Below are positions 29,225 through 39,282 of a stretch of 64,000 nucleotides of DNA, one piece after another (position 1 is the first letter of the stretch; every line of letters begins with the position of its first letter). Where the stretch lies: positions 544,001 to 608,000 of the forward strand of contig OZ244744.1 of assembly GCA_965219455.1 (NCBI GenBank), in the 5' to 3' direction. Source of the stretch: Candidatus Latescibacterota bacterium (GTDB lineage Bacteria; Latescibacterota; UBA2968; GCA-2709665). Made by a program: the position numbers and the translations under genes. The notes below the pieces were generated by a model. It did no database searches and was not told the DNA's origin. It worked only from the letters and a program-made list of their open reading frames with translations.

Positions 29225-31801
29225 ATGCTCGATAGCGAAACAAAACGCCGTATAGATACGGCTCGTGACATCCTGGTCGGTAAGGTGCCCGATCCGAAGA
29301 GCCAGGTCGAGCAGATTACGATCGCGTTGATCTACAAGTTCATGGACGACATGGACGCCGCGAGCGAAGAACTCGGGGGCACGCGGAGGTTCTTCGCCGG
29401 CGAGTTCGCCCGTTTCGGTTGGCCGAAGCTCATGCGTTCCGGCCTCGGCGGTCACGAGATGCTCGGCCTTTATGCCGAGGCGATTGACAGGATGCCTGAG
29501 AACCCGGGCATCCCGCCGCTTTTCCGCGATATCTTCAACAACGCGTACCTCCCCTATCGCGACCCGGAGACGCTCCGAGCTTTCCTTAAGATCATCGACG
29601 AATTCACCTACGACCACAGCGAGCGGCTCGGCGACGCCTTCGAATACCTGCTCTCGGTCCTCGGATCACAGGGCGACGCCGGGCAGTTCCGGACCCCACG
29701 CCATATCATCGACTTCATCGTTGCGGTCCTTGACCCGAAGAAGAGCGAAACCGTCCTCGACCCGGCCTGCGGCACCGCCGGGTTTCTGATTTCGTCGTAC
29801 AAGCATATCCTGGCGGACAATGCCGACGACAAGGGAATTGTTACCCTTACACCCGACGAACGAGAAAGACTCACGGCCAACTTGCAGGGCTATGACATCT
29901 CGCCGGATATGGTCCGCCTGTCGCTGGTAAACATGTACCTGCACGGCTTCCAGGACCCGCACATCTTCGAATACGACACCCTCACCAGTGAAGAACGCTG
30001 GACCGAGTACGCAGACGTGATTCTGGCCAATCCGCCGTTCATGTCGCCGAAGGGCGGCATCCGCCCGCACAACCGCTTTTCGGTGAAATCGAAACGGAGC
30101 GAAGTGCTGTTCGTGGACTACATGGCCGAACATCTCACGCCAGCCGGCCGCGCCGGGATCATTGTCCCGGAGGGCATCATCTTCCAGAGCCAGAACGCCC
30201 ACAAACAGTTGCGCAAGATGCTGGTGGAGGAATACCTGGTGGCCGTCGTCTCCCTCCCCGCAGGTGTCTTTAACCCCTACTCCGGCGTCAAGACATCCAT
30301 CCTCATCCTCGACAAATCCCTGGCGAAGAGGACCGACCACATCGCCTTCTTCAAAGTCGAAAACGACGGCTTCGACCTCGGCGCCCAACGCAGACCGATT
30401 GACAAGAACGACCTGCCGCAGACGCAACAGGCGGCGAAAGAATACATGGAAAATGTGGGGAACATGGATGGACAGGATGGGCAGGATAAAGACGAACCAC
30501 CCCCCTCTCCCGATGAGTCGGTCCTGGAGCAACTCATCCAGCAAGGGGCGGCGCTCATCGTCGAAAAAACAAAAATCGCGGATGGTGGGGAATACAACCT
30601 GAGTGGGGAGAGGTATAGGGAGACAACAAGGATCAGTAGTGCGGTCCCTTTTGTATCAATCGGCGAGATTTGTATTGTCAACCCGCCCAAATCTGAGCTC
30701 ACGGCGTTTCCAACGGATACAACAGTCTCATTTGTGCCGATGTCAGACATCAACGAGAACCAAATCACATTCGTCGCAAAGCAGCAGAAAATTCTAGGTC
30801 AGGTTGGTGCCAGCTACACTTACTTCGCAGACAATGATGTCTTGGTATCAAAGGTGACGCCATGTTTTGAAAACGGCAAAGCTGGGATTGCGAGAAATTT
30901 GAAAAATGGAATTGGATTCGGTTCCAGCGAATTCTACGTGATTCGAGCGTCTGAAGAGGTGCTTCCGGAGTGGGTCTATTATTGCGTTACACATGCGTCA
31001 TTTCGACAAGCCGGTATCGATAATATGACAGGAACAGGTGGACTTCAGCGTGTGCCGCGAAAGTTCATTGAGGATTTCCAAATCCCCCTCCCGTCAATTC
31101 AGTTGCAGCGAGAGATCGTGTCGGAGATCGAGGGTTATCAGCGGGTGATCGACGGCGCGCGCACAGTGATCGACAACTACCGGCCGCATATTCCCATCGA
31201 TCCCGACTGGCCGATGGTGGAGGTCCGTGAAATTTGTACTGTGAATCCCCGAAGATCGGAACTGGCTTCACTTAACGGCACAATATCCGTTTCTTTCGTA
31301 CCAATGGCCGATCTGGGCACCAACACCATGTATTTTGCAAGCCGACAATTCAAAAGTCTTGAGGATGTTGGGGCTAGCTATACTTATTTTAGGGACAATG
31401 ACGTCCTTCTCGCAAAAGTAACGCCGTGTTTTGAGAACGGTAAAGCGGGGATCGCGAACGGCTTGAGGAACGGTATTGGATTCGGCTCAAGCGAATTCTA
31501 TGTGCTTAGACCAACCCACATTGTACTCGCCGAATGGATATTTCTATGCGTCGCTACTGCCACATTTCGTAAATGGGCGACACCGCAAATGACTGGAACC
31601 GGCGGATTGCAGCGCGTGCCAAAAGCCGTATTGGAGAGCTACAGAATTCCCCTACCCTCCCGTGAGATTCAGAAAGGAATCGTCTCGGAAATCAAGAGCG
31701 AACAGGCACTCTTGGATTCAAACCGGACGTTGGTGAATCGGATGGAGAAGAGGATTCGGGCGGCCATCGGGAGGGTGTGGGGAGACGGGAGACAAAGATA
31801 A
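29225..31801 (+). CDS. Fused type I methyltransferase-specificity subunit (HsdM-HsdS)
   Basis: GQFRTPRH, DPACGTAGFL, NPPF methylase motifs, then two TRD repeats each ending IPLP; single ORF. Confidence 0.9.
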   Translation: MLDSETKRRIDTARDILVGKVPDPKSQVEQITIALIYKFMDDMDAASEELGGTRRFFAGEFARFGWPKLMRSGLGGHEMLGLYAEAIDRMPENPGIPPLFRDIFNNAYLPYRDPETLRAFLKIIDEFTYDHSERLGDAFEYLLSVLGSQGDAGQFRTPRHIIDFIVAVLDPKKSETVLDPACGTAGFLISSYKHILADNADDKGIVTLTPDERERLTANLQGYDISPDMVRLSLVNMYLHGFQDPHIFEYDTLTSEERWTEYADVILANPPFMSPKGGIRPHNRFSVKSKRSEVLFVDYMAEHLTPAGRAGIIVPEGIIFQSQNAHKQLRKMLVEEYLVAVVSLPAGVFNPYSGVKTSILILDKSLAKRTDHIAFFKVENDGFDLGAQRRPIDKNDLPQTQQAAKEYMENVGNMDGQDGQDKDEPPPSPDESVLEQLIQQGAALIVEKTKIADGGEYNLSGERYRETTRISSAVPFVSIGEICIVNPPKSELTAFPTDTTVSFVPMSDINENQITFVAKQQKILGQVGASYTYFADNDVLVSKVTPCFENGKAGIARNLKNGIGFGSSEFYVIRASEEVLPEWVYYCVTHASFRQAGIDNMTGTGGLQRVPRKFIEDFQIPLPSIQLQREIVSEIEGYQRVIDGARTVIDNYRPHIPIDPDWPMVEVREICTVNPRRSELASLNGTISVSFVPMADLGTNTMYFASRQFKSLEDVGASYTYFRDNDVLLAKVTPCFENGKAGIANGLRNGIGFGSSEFYVLRPTHIVLAEWIFLCVATATFRKWATPQMTGTGGLQRVPKAVLESYRIPLPSREIQKGIVSEIKSEQALLDSNRTLVNRMEKRIRAAIGRVWGDGRQR

Positions 31802-32100
31802 ACTGGACGAGTATCTCAAGGCTCTACATTGACGTGAATACGTCCGATTCGAAAGAGCAAGTCCAGGGAACGAAATAGGATAGAATTGAAAATAGATCGA
31901 GTGAACATGGATCATTTTAGGGAAAACTTAATCTTGTAGAATTCATTAGACATAAAGCTTAATATTGCCAAATCCGCATCTTTGGCGGAGCAAAATCGAA
32001 ATGTACATCGGTTTCGGATCTTTCAATTTGCATCGTTTGGAACTCCAACAATCGTTGTCCCGCGTGACGTCTTCTTGACTATTCTTCGGGAGTTCTTAAA

Positions 32101-33237
32101 ATGCCTATCGACGATAATCTCCTTGAACAGCTACTTCATGAGGAAGAAGGATCTGCGCTAGATTTTAAGCGCGATCAATACCCTTTTGAAGGACCAGATC
32201 GCAACGCAAAGGGTGAATTAATAAAGGACATCCTCGCGTTTGCAAATGCCTGGCGTAGGACCACCGCATTTATACTCATTGGAGTAGATGAAGTAAAGGG
32301 TGGACGTAGCAAAATTGTCGGTGTCAATAAACACTTGGACGATGCCAAGTTGCATCAGTTTGTAAATTCAAAGACTCAGCGGCCTGTGGAATTCTCGTAT
32401 CAACCGTTTCACACTAAGGATGGAGAAATAGGAGTGATAGAGATTCCAATACAAAAACGTCCTTTCTATCTAAAGAAGCAGTTTGGCAAAGTAACACCCA
32501 ACTCAGTTTACAAGAGGGACGGCAGTTCGACTGCGATTGCGACCCCCGACGAAGTTGCAACGATGGGTGCTGAACAACACATTGGCGGAATTCCTCAACT
32601 CGCTCTTCACTGGGCGGATATAGATAGACGTGCCATTCTGTCGTCGCCACTCAGCGTAAGTACGCTGATTCTCGATCCTCAACTGCCTGACGATACATTT
32701 GAAAATCCGAACGCGCTTGCCTTCGATTTCCGAAACAACCGTAATTTCTATAAAGAAGCAATTCGGTATGCTTTCGATATGTCGTTTATGAGACCCTTCG
32801 GACTGCAGCTGTGTAATCAAAGTCCGGTTGTCGCGAGACGCGTGCGGTTTGTTGGATCGATAAACAAAGGAGAAACACGCTCGGTCCTTGATCATAGGAA
32901 TCATCCGACGCGTCCATATCGGAATCCCGCTGACCCAAGGAGATTTTCTGTCGTTCCGCTTGCACAGCAGCTCAGGAACACACCAGACCCTTACGTTCAG
33001 GAACTTCCGAACAGATGGGATATTACAATTGACTTTGGGGATGTGCGCCCTCGCGACGAAGTTTGGACGAGCAGTGAACTGCTAATTGGATCAATCGGAG
33101 GGGTAACCACATTGAAGGGCGAGTTACGGGGTGACAACCTACCGGAACCCATTTTGTGCGCGCTCGAAATCAACTTCGAGGTCAAGCGAAGACCGATGGA
33201 GGTGTCGGATGTCGAACCGTGTTTGGATGACCAATAA
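32101..33237 (+). CDS. AlbA_2/Schlafen-like domain protein with an unknown C-terminal domain
   Basis: EEGSALDFKRDQY...IKDILAFANA...ILIGVDE. Confidence 0.8.
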   Translation: MPIDDNLLEQLLHEEEGSALDFKRDQYPFEGPDRNAKGELIKDILAFANAWRRTTAFILIGVDEVKGGRSKIVGVNKHLDDAKLHQFVNSKTQRPVEFSYQPFHTKDGEIGVIEIPIQKRPFYLKKQFGKVTPNSVYKRDGSSTAIATPDEVATMGAEQHIGGIPQLALHWADIDRRAILSSPLSVSTLILDPQLPDDTFENPNALAFDFRNNRNFYKEAIRYAFDMSFMRPFGLQLCNQSPVVARRVRFVGSINKGETRSVLDHRNHPTRPYRNPADPRRFSVVPLAQQLRNTPDPYVQELPNRWDITIDFGDVRPRDEVWTSSELLIGSIGGVTTLKGELRGDNLPEPILCALEINFEVKRRPMEVSDVEPCLDDQ

Positions 33238-33432
33238 AACCACGTTGAATAGGTCGTTGCAAGGCGCGAAAGATCGAGCGGTTCGAGGAGAAAACTCAGG
33301 CGGAAATTAAGCGGGTGTGGTGAGCCGGGGAAAACGACTTTTGTGATAACGGATTGAGATGATGAAGGGGCAGGAAACGGTTGAATTTGGGATGACGGGT
33401 ATATTTCGGTGTGAGGCGTTGAAGAGGGACAA

Positions 33433-34419
33433 ATGACGAGAAAGAGAAGATCGCCAGTTAGGACACGATTGCTTCAGAACTCACGCGAGGCGGCCCTGAA
33501 CGCAGTTCAGACTTTTAACAATCCACTCACCACATTCAAGGCCGAGACGTTCATCGTGCTAATGAATATTGCTTGGATGTACCTACTGCATGCCTTCTAC
33601 CGACGCGAGGGAGTTGAATATCGTTATTACACCAAGGGACCGAAGCGACGCAAATTCGACCGGACCAAATCAGGTGCGTTCAAATACTGGCAGCTTGAGC
33701 GCTGCCTCAATGACGACGCCTGTCCGTTGGACAGGCCAACCAAGCTTAACCTTAGATTTCTCATTGGGTTGCGCCATGAAATAGAACATCATCAATCTGC
33801 CGGCGCCGACGAGCGATTCTCTGGACGGTATCTTGCATGCTGCCTCAACTACGAGCGATACATTTGCGAATTGTTCGGCGAGCGGCATTCCCTTGATGCG
33901 GCTGTCGCCATTACGCTCCAGTTCCGCGACCTCACCAACACGTCCGTACCTCAAAAGGCCGAGGTCCCTTTGGCTGCGAACGTCGCTAAGTACATTCAAG
34001 AGTTTGATGCAGGTCTGTCCGACGAAGAGTTAAAATCTCCGCACTTTCGCCGGCGTTTTCTCTTTGTACCGTCGGTAACAGGAAAAAAAGCCCAAGCCGA
34101 TGAGATAATCGAGTTCGTGCCGTTCAATTCCGAACTCGGGAATGCAATCAGAGAAGTGCATCAGCGTGTACTGTTGAAAGAAACCGAGCGCCCAAAACAT
34201 CTGCCTAGCCAGATTGTCGCGTTGATGAAACAAGAAGGGTGCACCGGTTTCAAAATGCACCACCACACGCAGTTATGGAAGAAAATGGACGCGAAAAATT
34301 CCGGAAAGGGCTATGGTGTAATGGTCGCACGCGCTTGGTATTGGTACGACCGATGGGTAGAGGAAGTCCGGAAGCACTGCGTAGAGAATGAGGAGTTGTA
34401 CACTCAGCCAAATGACTAG
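33433..34419 (+). CDS. DUF3644-like (HEPN-related) protein
   Basis: SREAALNAVQTFNNP..FKAETFIVLMNIAW.YLLHA; LRHEIEH fits R-x4-H. Confidence 0.75.
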   Translation: MTRKRRSPVRTRLLQNSREAALNAVQTFNNPLTTFKAETFIVLMNIAWMYLLHAFYRREGVEYRYYTKGPKRRKFDRTKSGAFKYWQLERCLNDDACPLDRPTKLNLRFLIGLRHEIEHHQSAGADERFSGRYLACCLNYERYICELFGERHSLDAAVAITLQFRDLTNTSVPQKAEVPLAANVAKYIQEFDAGLSDEELKSPHFRRRFLFVPSVTGKKAQADEIIEFVPFNSELGNAIREVHQRVLLKETERPKHLPSQIVALMKQEGCTGFKMHHHTQLWKKMDAKNSGKGYGVMVARAWYWYDRWVEEVRKHCVENEELYTQPND

Positions 34420-35485
34420 GTTGACGCTGGATAACTGCGAACCGGACTAGAAACCATCCTAGCAATTTTCCGCTTGTAGTCAAAGTACTGCGAGGTATGT
34501 CAAAAGCAGAAAATTCGCCAATGAGACGTCGTATTGATGAACGAGACTATAAAGACGCTTGAAGAATTCATCGCGTGGACGGAGAAATTGGACGGCCGGA
34601 TGCTTCTCTACCGCGGGCTTGCAGACGCGGATTGGAGGGTCGAGTCGTCAGCTTTGCGCAGACTAAGGGTATCGTCGGAAGCCCCCCCACCGATCGCGTT
34701 CCAAAACTACACGAAACAACTTCTGGACAACGCAAGCCTGCAAGGATTTCGATATCAACGTGACCGGGAAATGTCCGACCTGGAACTGCTCGCCGAACTG
34801 CAGCACTATGGCGCAGCAACGTGCCTAATTGACTTTACCGAGAATTCTCTAATTGCTCTCTGGTTTGCGTGTCGCGAAGAATTGAAAAAGGACGCAAAGG
34901 TTGTCGCTATGCCAACGGAAGATCCGGATAAATTTCGCACTGTGACCTATGAACATTCGAAACGACCTATTTTGCAATTCCTCAATAAGGGAAACCTGTG
35001 GCAGTGGACACCCAGCAGCCTGAACAACCGGATCGTAGCGCAACTGTCGGTGTTTGTATTTGGTGAAGGCGCGATACAGGAGAATCTGTACGACGAGATT
35101 GGGATTGAAGCGGAAGCCAAGCCGAGCATAAAGGCTACTTTGGAGAGATCATTTGGTTTGAACGAACAACGTGTTTTCAGCGATCTCTCAGGCTTTGCTC
35201 TCAATAACGCGCATGACAGGCCCTATAACAATTATACGGCAGAGGATTTCTTCTATTGGGGTTTGAATTATCATCAGCAAGGGCAACTCAAAAACGCAAT
35301 AGAATATTACGGGAAGGCAATCGTGCTCGATCCCAGATCCGTCGTATCATACGACAATCGGGGTAGTGCGAAGAGTGCGTTGGGCGACCATAAGGCTGCC
35401 ATATCTGACTTCGATAGGGCAATTGAAATCTATCCGCAATCCGCCGATGCGTTCTACAATCGTGGAAACTCGAAGCGCGCGCTAG

Positions 35486-37369
35486 GCCTTAAACAAGCGT
35501 GACCAGTGAAATTTTTCTAGTCCAAGAGACCGGAAAGGCCTACCGTTGTTGGAGATAGATGGATTGTGCTAGAAATCATCACTCCAACGCAGGAGACCTT
35601 TCCGGTGAAAAGAATATCGGTTGATGACAGCCGCAGGAATCGTGCTCGTCGCAAACGCAAAGTGGCCGCCCGCCACGGTCGAGCGGGGCATTGGCAGGCC
35701 CAGCGCCGGCCCATGTTCAGTCCTGGCAAAGTGCACTACGAGGTAGGCGCCTACACCGACGCGATGAGTTACGGAGGCATCGGCGCCGTGCATCGCCTGG
35801 TCACCAAGCTGGGTCTGCCCAAGCGCATCGACGCGTCACTGTCCTTGTTGAAGGTGCATCTGCCCTATCATGAGTCGGACCACGTACTAAACATCACATA
35901 CAACGTGTTATGCGGCGGCACGCGCCTGGAGGATATCGAGCGTTTGCGAAGTGACGGGGCCTACATGAATGCCCTGGGCGCCAAGTTGATTCCCGATCCG
36001 ACCACGGCGGGTGACTTTTGCCGACGCTTCTCGGAACGGGACATCGTCGAACTGATGGCGTGCATCAACGCGGTGCGATCCTCCTTGTGGGCATCGCGTG
36101 GCCGCAAATTGCTTGGTGACATCACCTATATCGATGTGGACGGCACAAACGTGCCCACGTATGGCAAGCGCAAGAGGGGTATGGACATCTCTTACCAGGG
36201 CATCTGGGGCTACCATCCGCTGGTGATCTCACTTTCCAACACGAAGGAAGTGCTCTTCCTGGTCAACCGACCGGGGAATGTGCCCAGCCACACCGGTGCG
36301 GCACAGTGGATCGACGCGGCCATCGACCTGGTGCAGCCCCACGCCAAGCGCATCTGTGTGCGTGGCGACACCGACTTTTTCTTGACTCGACATCTTGATC
36401 GCTGGGCCAAAAGCGTCGACTTCATCTTCGGGATGGACGCCAACGCGGCGATGCGTTCCCGTGCCGAGGCCCTCGACGAGGCACAATGGCAGCCCCTGCA
36501 ACGCAAACCCCGTTATCACACCGTGACCGACCAGAAGCGGAAGCGCAATCAGCCCCACGAGAAACAGCGCATCGTCCACAAGCGGGCCTACGCCAACCTG
36601 GTGCTGAACCACGAACACGTGGCCGAGTTCAACTACCAACCCACGCGCTGTAAACGTGGGTATCGCGTCGTGGTCCTGCGCAAGAACATCAGCAAAATGA
36701 AGGGCGACCTTGTCCTGTTCGACGAATGCCGTTATTTCTTCTATATCACGACACGCACGGACGTGACCCCCCAAGAGATCGTCGCCTGCGCCAACCAACG
36801 CTGCGATCAGGAGAACGTCATCGAGCAACTCAAAAACGGCGTCAACGCCTTGCGCGTGCCCCTGTATGACCTGGTCAGCAACTGGGCCTATATGGTCATC
36901 GCCGCCCTGGCCTGGAACCTCAAATCCTGGTTTGCCATGATGATGCACAGACACCGTGATCGACAGCAGTACGTCTGCATGGAATTCCGGCGCTTCATCC
37001 ACAGCATTATCTTGATTCCCTGCCACGTCATCCAACGCGCGCGCACCACCACGTTACGGCTCATCGGCTATCAACCCACCCTCGATCGCCTCTTCAGCAC
37101 CTGGCGTATCATTGAACGCACCGGATTTGGATAACACCAATGCAGCACCACCGATGACACACAAACGCGGCGCCATCCCCACACCCCTCAACGGACCGGT
37201 GTGTCCACCACGCGTCTCAACGCCACTTCGGATACTCAATTTACCATAGCGACCACGACAAACACGGCCCTAAAAACCATCCAAAACGCCAATTCCATAT
37301 AAATCGACACCAACGCCTCAACACAAACACAAATCACTGTGGCGCACACGATACTCGCTTATTTTAGGG
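35486..37369 (+). mobile_element. IS1380-family insertion sequence
   Basis: Imperfect terminal IRs GCCTTAAACAAGCG / CGCTTATTTTAGGG; CTAG target duplication at 35482-35485 and 37370-37373. Confidence 0.88.
35566..37134 (+). CDS. IS1380-family DDE transposase
   Basis: IPDPTTAGDFCRRF, IDVDGT, GYHPL, VRGDTDF, RCDQENVIEQLK; exact start uncertain. Confidence 0.9.
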   Translation: MLEIITPTQETFPVKRISVDDSRRNRARRKRKVAARHGRAGHWQAQRRPMFSPGKVHYEVGAYTDAMSYGGIGAVHRLVTKLGLPKRIDASLSLLKVHLPYHESDHVLNITYNVLCGGTRLEDIERLRSDGAYMNALGAKLIPDPTTAGDFCRRFSERDIVELMACINAVRSSLWASRGRKLLGDITYIDVDGTNVPTYGKRKRGMDISYQGIWGYHPLVISLSNTKEVLFLVNRPGNVPSHTGAAQWIDAAIDLVQPHAKRICVRGDTDFFLTRHLDRWAKSVDFIFGMDANAAMRSRAEALDEAQWQPLQRKPRYHTVTDQKRKRNQPHEKQRIVHKRAYANLVLNHEHVAEFNYQPTRCKRGYRVVVLRKNISKMKGDLVLFDECRYFFYITTRTDVTPQEIVACANQRCDQENVIEQLKNGVNALRVPLYDLVSNWAYMVIAALAWNLKSWFAMMMHRHRDRQQYVCMEFRRFIHSIILIPCHVIQRARTTTLRLIGYQPTLDRLFSTWRIIERTGFG

Positions 37370-38074
37370 CTAGGTCAACATAAGGGCGCAATCGCCGACT
37401 ACGATAGGGCCATCGAAATCAATCCCAAATTCGCCGATGCATATGTTAACCGAGGGAGTGTAAAGGGCCAAATGGGCGATCATAACGGGGCCATTGCAGA
37501 CTGCGACAAAGCGCTCAAAATCTATCCCCAATCGGATGTGGCATTCGATAATCGAGGTAGTGCCAAGCTCGAATTGGGCAACTATCAAGGGGCCATTGCA
37601 GACTACGACAAATCGCTTGAAATCAACCCTCTATCCCCAGCGACTTACTACAACCGTGGGAATGTCAAGCGCACAATAGGTGATTATCAGGGGGCAATTT
37701 TGGACTACGACAAATCGCTTGAAATCGAATCGAGATCCGTCGCCACATACAACAACCGCGCAATTGCAAAAAAAGCCATTGCCGACCTGGCCGGTGCGGA
37801 AGCGGATATCGAAAGGGCGAGGCAAATCAGTGGGAATCGCCAACCACCAAAGCCGTGATGCATTTTCGGCGAATCATTCGGTCCTAGCCGAGATGAAGCG
37901 AAGCCTTCCGAAAAGGAAATCAGCCTCCCATTCGGCAGCGCAAAAAGGACGGAATTCGCGCGATTTATATCTGAAAATGGGACTCACGAGCAATTTCGGC
38001 ATTTTGGCGACCTTTAGCGGGTCGTAAGTGAGTGAGTCACATTGGAACGGATCCAAAACAAGACGTGAGAATCC

Positions 38075-38986
38075 ATGGATTGCGTGTTAACGAACATAAA
38101 TCTGCTTGATGCCGACCAAAGGACGAAGTTCCGAGGTCGAGCACATAGAATTATGGCGGCCCGAAAGTGGTGTCACCGCTCCTACCACGAACATCCCGTC
38201 CAACAAGATTTGTTCGCGGAAGCGGAGGCCATCGCCGCGTGGAATATCGTCACGTGCTGTTATTCTGGCATCGAGCAGGCAATGAAATGCCTTTTGAAGA
38301 TGCAAGGTACATTTATCGACAAGCATCCACGTGAGGGTGGTCATCGCCATCATGATATAGGGAAGCTCTTTAAGGTTCTTGCCTATGAAGAGCAGGAAAT
38401 TCTCCGTGTTTCGTACGTCACATATCGTTCGCTCCATAATTACATTCCCCCGGAGACCGTCGATTGCTTTCTGGATGGTATTGATGAAGGTTACCAAGCG
38501 TGGCGATATTTCCTCCTTGATGGTCGACAACCAGAGGAATGGCCGAAGACCCATCCCGGCGCTATGCTCGAAATCTGGTCTGCACTGTCGGATATCATCT
38601 GTGCGAGGGTTTTCCGAAATCACGGACTTCATACGGTGAAACGCCGGATCGAGTTTTATCTTGAAAAAAAGACCAAGCATGATGTGTGGATTAAACACAT
38701 AAATACTGGAATTGGCAAATGTGAGATAAAGGATATGAACCGTTGGTTCCATAGCCACGATAACATAAAGATCAACGCTTTTGCTGATCTCTTTTATTGC
38801 CATGGCAATAATAAGCTTGATCGCGTAAATGTGCTGGCTTCCACCATGCAGGTTTTACGTTCGATGGTTGACATTGTACAGCAACGAAAAAACGACAATG
38901 ATTTTACCTATTTTCTGCACCGAGCCCAAACCAGCAGGATTGTTTGGAATCCAAACGACAATTGCTTCGAGACAGCCTCGCGGTAG
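38075..38986 (+). CDS. Hypothetical protein, possibly HEPN-like
   Basis: 303 aa low-GC ORF with IEQAMKCLL...HHDIGKLF...WRY, resembling HEPN-class patterns. Confidence 0.5.
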   Translation: MDCVLTNINLLDADQRTKFRGRAHRIMAARKWCHRSYHEHPVQQDLFAEAEAIAAWNIVTCCYSGIEQAMKCLLKMQGTFIDKHPREGGHRHHDIGKLFKVLAYEEQEILRVSYVTYRSLHNYIPPETVDCFLDGIDEGYQAWRYFLLDGRQPEEWPKTHPGAMLEIWSALSDIICARVFRNHGLHTVKRRIEFYLEKKTKHDVWIKHINTGIGKCEIKDMNRWFHSHDNIKINAFADLFYCHGNNKLDRVNVLASTMQVLRSMVDIVQQRKNDNDFTYFLHRAQTSRIVWNPNDNCFETASR

Positions 38987-39282
38987 ATCCACATTATGAT
39001 CCAGTGTACGTAGGTATAAATGTGTCCCATTATTGAAGGGGTCCATCTACAAAGTCTTAGCCTTGAAATGCGCAAAGAGGCCTTGCCATCTAGCCAATTC
39101 ACGGAGATGCTCATCAAAATCCGTTACGATATTAGGTTAAACGTCGAAGTTGAGAAAAGATGCAAAGTTTGGAAGAATACGCGAACAATGCAGATTTGAA
39201 TGAACAGCAATTCTGCACCCACGCCTACTGCTTGCATTAACGAAAGCATATGCTCTGTCTGCTGCAATCATCGAGGTGAAAC

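Larger units (their letters stand above)
34537..37858 (+). pseudogene. FRG-domain plus TPR-repeat protein interrupted by IS1380
   Basis: LYRG, LQHYGAATCLIDFT..ALWFAC, NNRIVAQ; removing the IS and one CTAG rejoins KRAL-GQHKGAIADYDRAI in frame with the TPRs ending at 37858. Confidence 0.88.
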
